The position numbers and the translations under genes are program-made. A stretch of DNA of 64,000 nt, taken from positions 53,568,001-53,632,000 of the forward strand of contig OZ249436.1 of NCBI GenBank assembly GCA_965235115.1. Direction: 5' to 3'. The stretch's first letter is position 1, and each line of letters begins with the position of its first letter. Below are positions 62,478 to 64,000 of the stretch, one piece after another. Source of the DNA: Laetmonice hystrix (Eukaryota). A model generated the notes under the pieces. It had not been told where the DNA came from. It saw only the letters and a list, made by a program, of their open reading frames with translations, and did not search any database.

Positions 62478-63626
62478 TGGGCTGTCCATGCCCCTGTGAC
62501 AGACTGTCTGGTGATGCCTGATCTTGAGCTCATGGCTGTCCCTGCCCCTGTGACAGACTGTCTGGTGATGCCTGATCGTGAACTCATGGCTGTCCATGCC
62601 CCTGTGACAGACTGTCTGGTGATGCCTGATCGTGAGCTCATGGCTATCCATGCCCCCGTGACAGACTGTCTGGTGATGCCTGATCTTGAGCTCATGGCTG
62701 TCCATGTCCCTGTGACAGACTGTCTGGTGATGCCTGATTGTGAGCTCAAGGCTGTCCATGCCACTGTTACAGACTGTCTGGTGATGCCTGATCGTGAGCT
62801 CATGGCTGTCCATGTCCCTGTGACAGACTGTCTGGTGATGCCTGATTGTGAGCTCATGGCTGTCCATGCCCCTGTAACAGACTGTCTGGTGATGCCTGAT
62901 TGTGAGCTCATGGCTATCCATGTCCCTGTGACAGACTGTCTGGTGATGCCTGATATTGAGCTCATGGCTGTCCATGCCCCTGTGACAGACTGTCTGGTGA
63001 TGCCTGATTGTGAGCTCATGGCTGTCCATGCCCCTGTGACAGACTGTCTGGTGATGCCTGATCGTGAGCTCATGGCTGTCCATGCCCCTGTGACAGACTG
63101 TCTGGTGATGCCTGATTGTGAGCTCATGGCTGTCCATGCCCCGGTGACAGACTGTCTGGTGATGCCTGATTGTGAGCTCATGGCTGTCCATGTCCCTGTG
63201 ACAGACTGTCTGGTGATGCCTGATTGTGAGCTCATGGCTGTCCATGCCCCTGTGACAGACTGTCTGGTGATGCCTGATTGTGAGCTCATGGCTATCCATG
63301 TCCCTGTGACAGACTGTCTGGTGATGCCTGATTGTGAGCTCATGGCTGTCCATGCCGCTGTTACAGACTGTCTGGTGATGCCTGATCGTGAGCTCGTGGC
63401 TGTCCCAGCCCCCGTGACAGACTGTCTGGTGATGCCTGATCGTGAGCTCATGGCTGTCCATGCCCCTGTGACAGACTGTCTGGTGATGCCTGATCGTGAG
63501 CTCATGGCTGTCCATGCCCCTGTGACAGACTGTCTGGTGATGCCTGATCATGAGCTCATGGCTATCCATGCCACTGTTACAGACTGTCTGGTGATGCCTG
63601 AACGTGAGCTCATGGCTGTCCATGCC
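62478..63626. repeat. 54-bp tandem array, ~21 copies (GCTGTCCATGCCCCTGTGACAGACTGTCTGGTGATGCCTGATCGTGAGCTCATG)
   Basis: Highly homogeneous units, stop-free in three frames (ORFs 62373-63650 +, 62369-63505 -, 62391-63647 -); AATAAA downstream at 63733-38. Confidence 0.97.
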
Positions 63627-64000
63627 TTTGTTTGGGCAGTCTGCCAATGACTATGCGTGCCATTGGAACACATTGTTTTCTCATGGCCGTCTGTCTCCTG
63701 GCTATGGGTTCCTTTTTGGACAAATTGGTTTTAATAAAAAGGGACACCTAAAGACAAGCTTTTATTAGTGACCTTTAGAACCCTGTATGCCCAATTTTGG
63801 CTGTGTATGGTCGTGGGGGCTATGCAAAAAATGTGCATTATATTTATAATACTTCTTTGCTTGGCTATATGTTTATTTTTACTGAGAGGCAAATAGTCTA
63901 AATATCGGTGTACTTTTGACGTAGCAAATAATATATGCTGATGATAATTACATGACATTTTAAGCTGGTGATTAAGGGACCCGTTTAGGCGTAACTTAGG

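Noticed and set aside
62369-63647. The two long - strand ORFs over the 54-bp array as independent genes
   Set aside because: A stop-free unit whose length is a multiple of 3 gives long ORFs automatically; no promoter, splice or homology evidence for a - strand gene.
1-64000. Prokaryotic-type systems (CRISPR arrays, operons), tRNA and rRNA genes
   Set aside because: The tandem arrays have no unique spacers, and no tRNA cloverleaf or rRNA similarity was recognised.

Overview
Eukaryotic, intron-rich animal DNA, probably a non-vertebrate bilaterian (inferred from gene structure and MITE content, not proven). Two spliced genes lie in tandem on the + strand. (1) The 3' part of a class II Rab11 effector, Rab11-FIP3/4 (nuclear fallout family): coiled-coil exons plus the C-terminal Rab11-binding domain, stop at 8402, preceded by a candidate internal alternative first exon at 1011-1138. 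(2) An essentially complete lethal(2) giant larvae (Lgl/LLGL) gene: a non-coding first exon ending at 16342, ATG at 16592, and 23 coding exons that I joined by hand into one continuous frame of about 1160 aa ending near 61820. The intron after the second Lgl coding exon (17775-34266, 16,492 nt) has U12 minor-spliceosome signals. Lgl also has a candidate 15-nt microexon. Non-coding DNA holds a young 527-bp palindromic TTAA-flanked (Kolobok-like) MITE, two TAA-flanked Harbinger-like MITEs, a hAT-like element, a 50-bp minisatellite abutting a 3' splice site, and a 54-bp x ~21 array that could be spliced in frame to the Lgl C-terminus. Nearly all other ORFs in the supplied track appear spurious. 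I found no rRNA, tRNA or CRISPR features.
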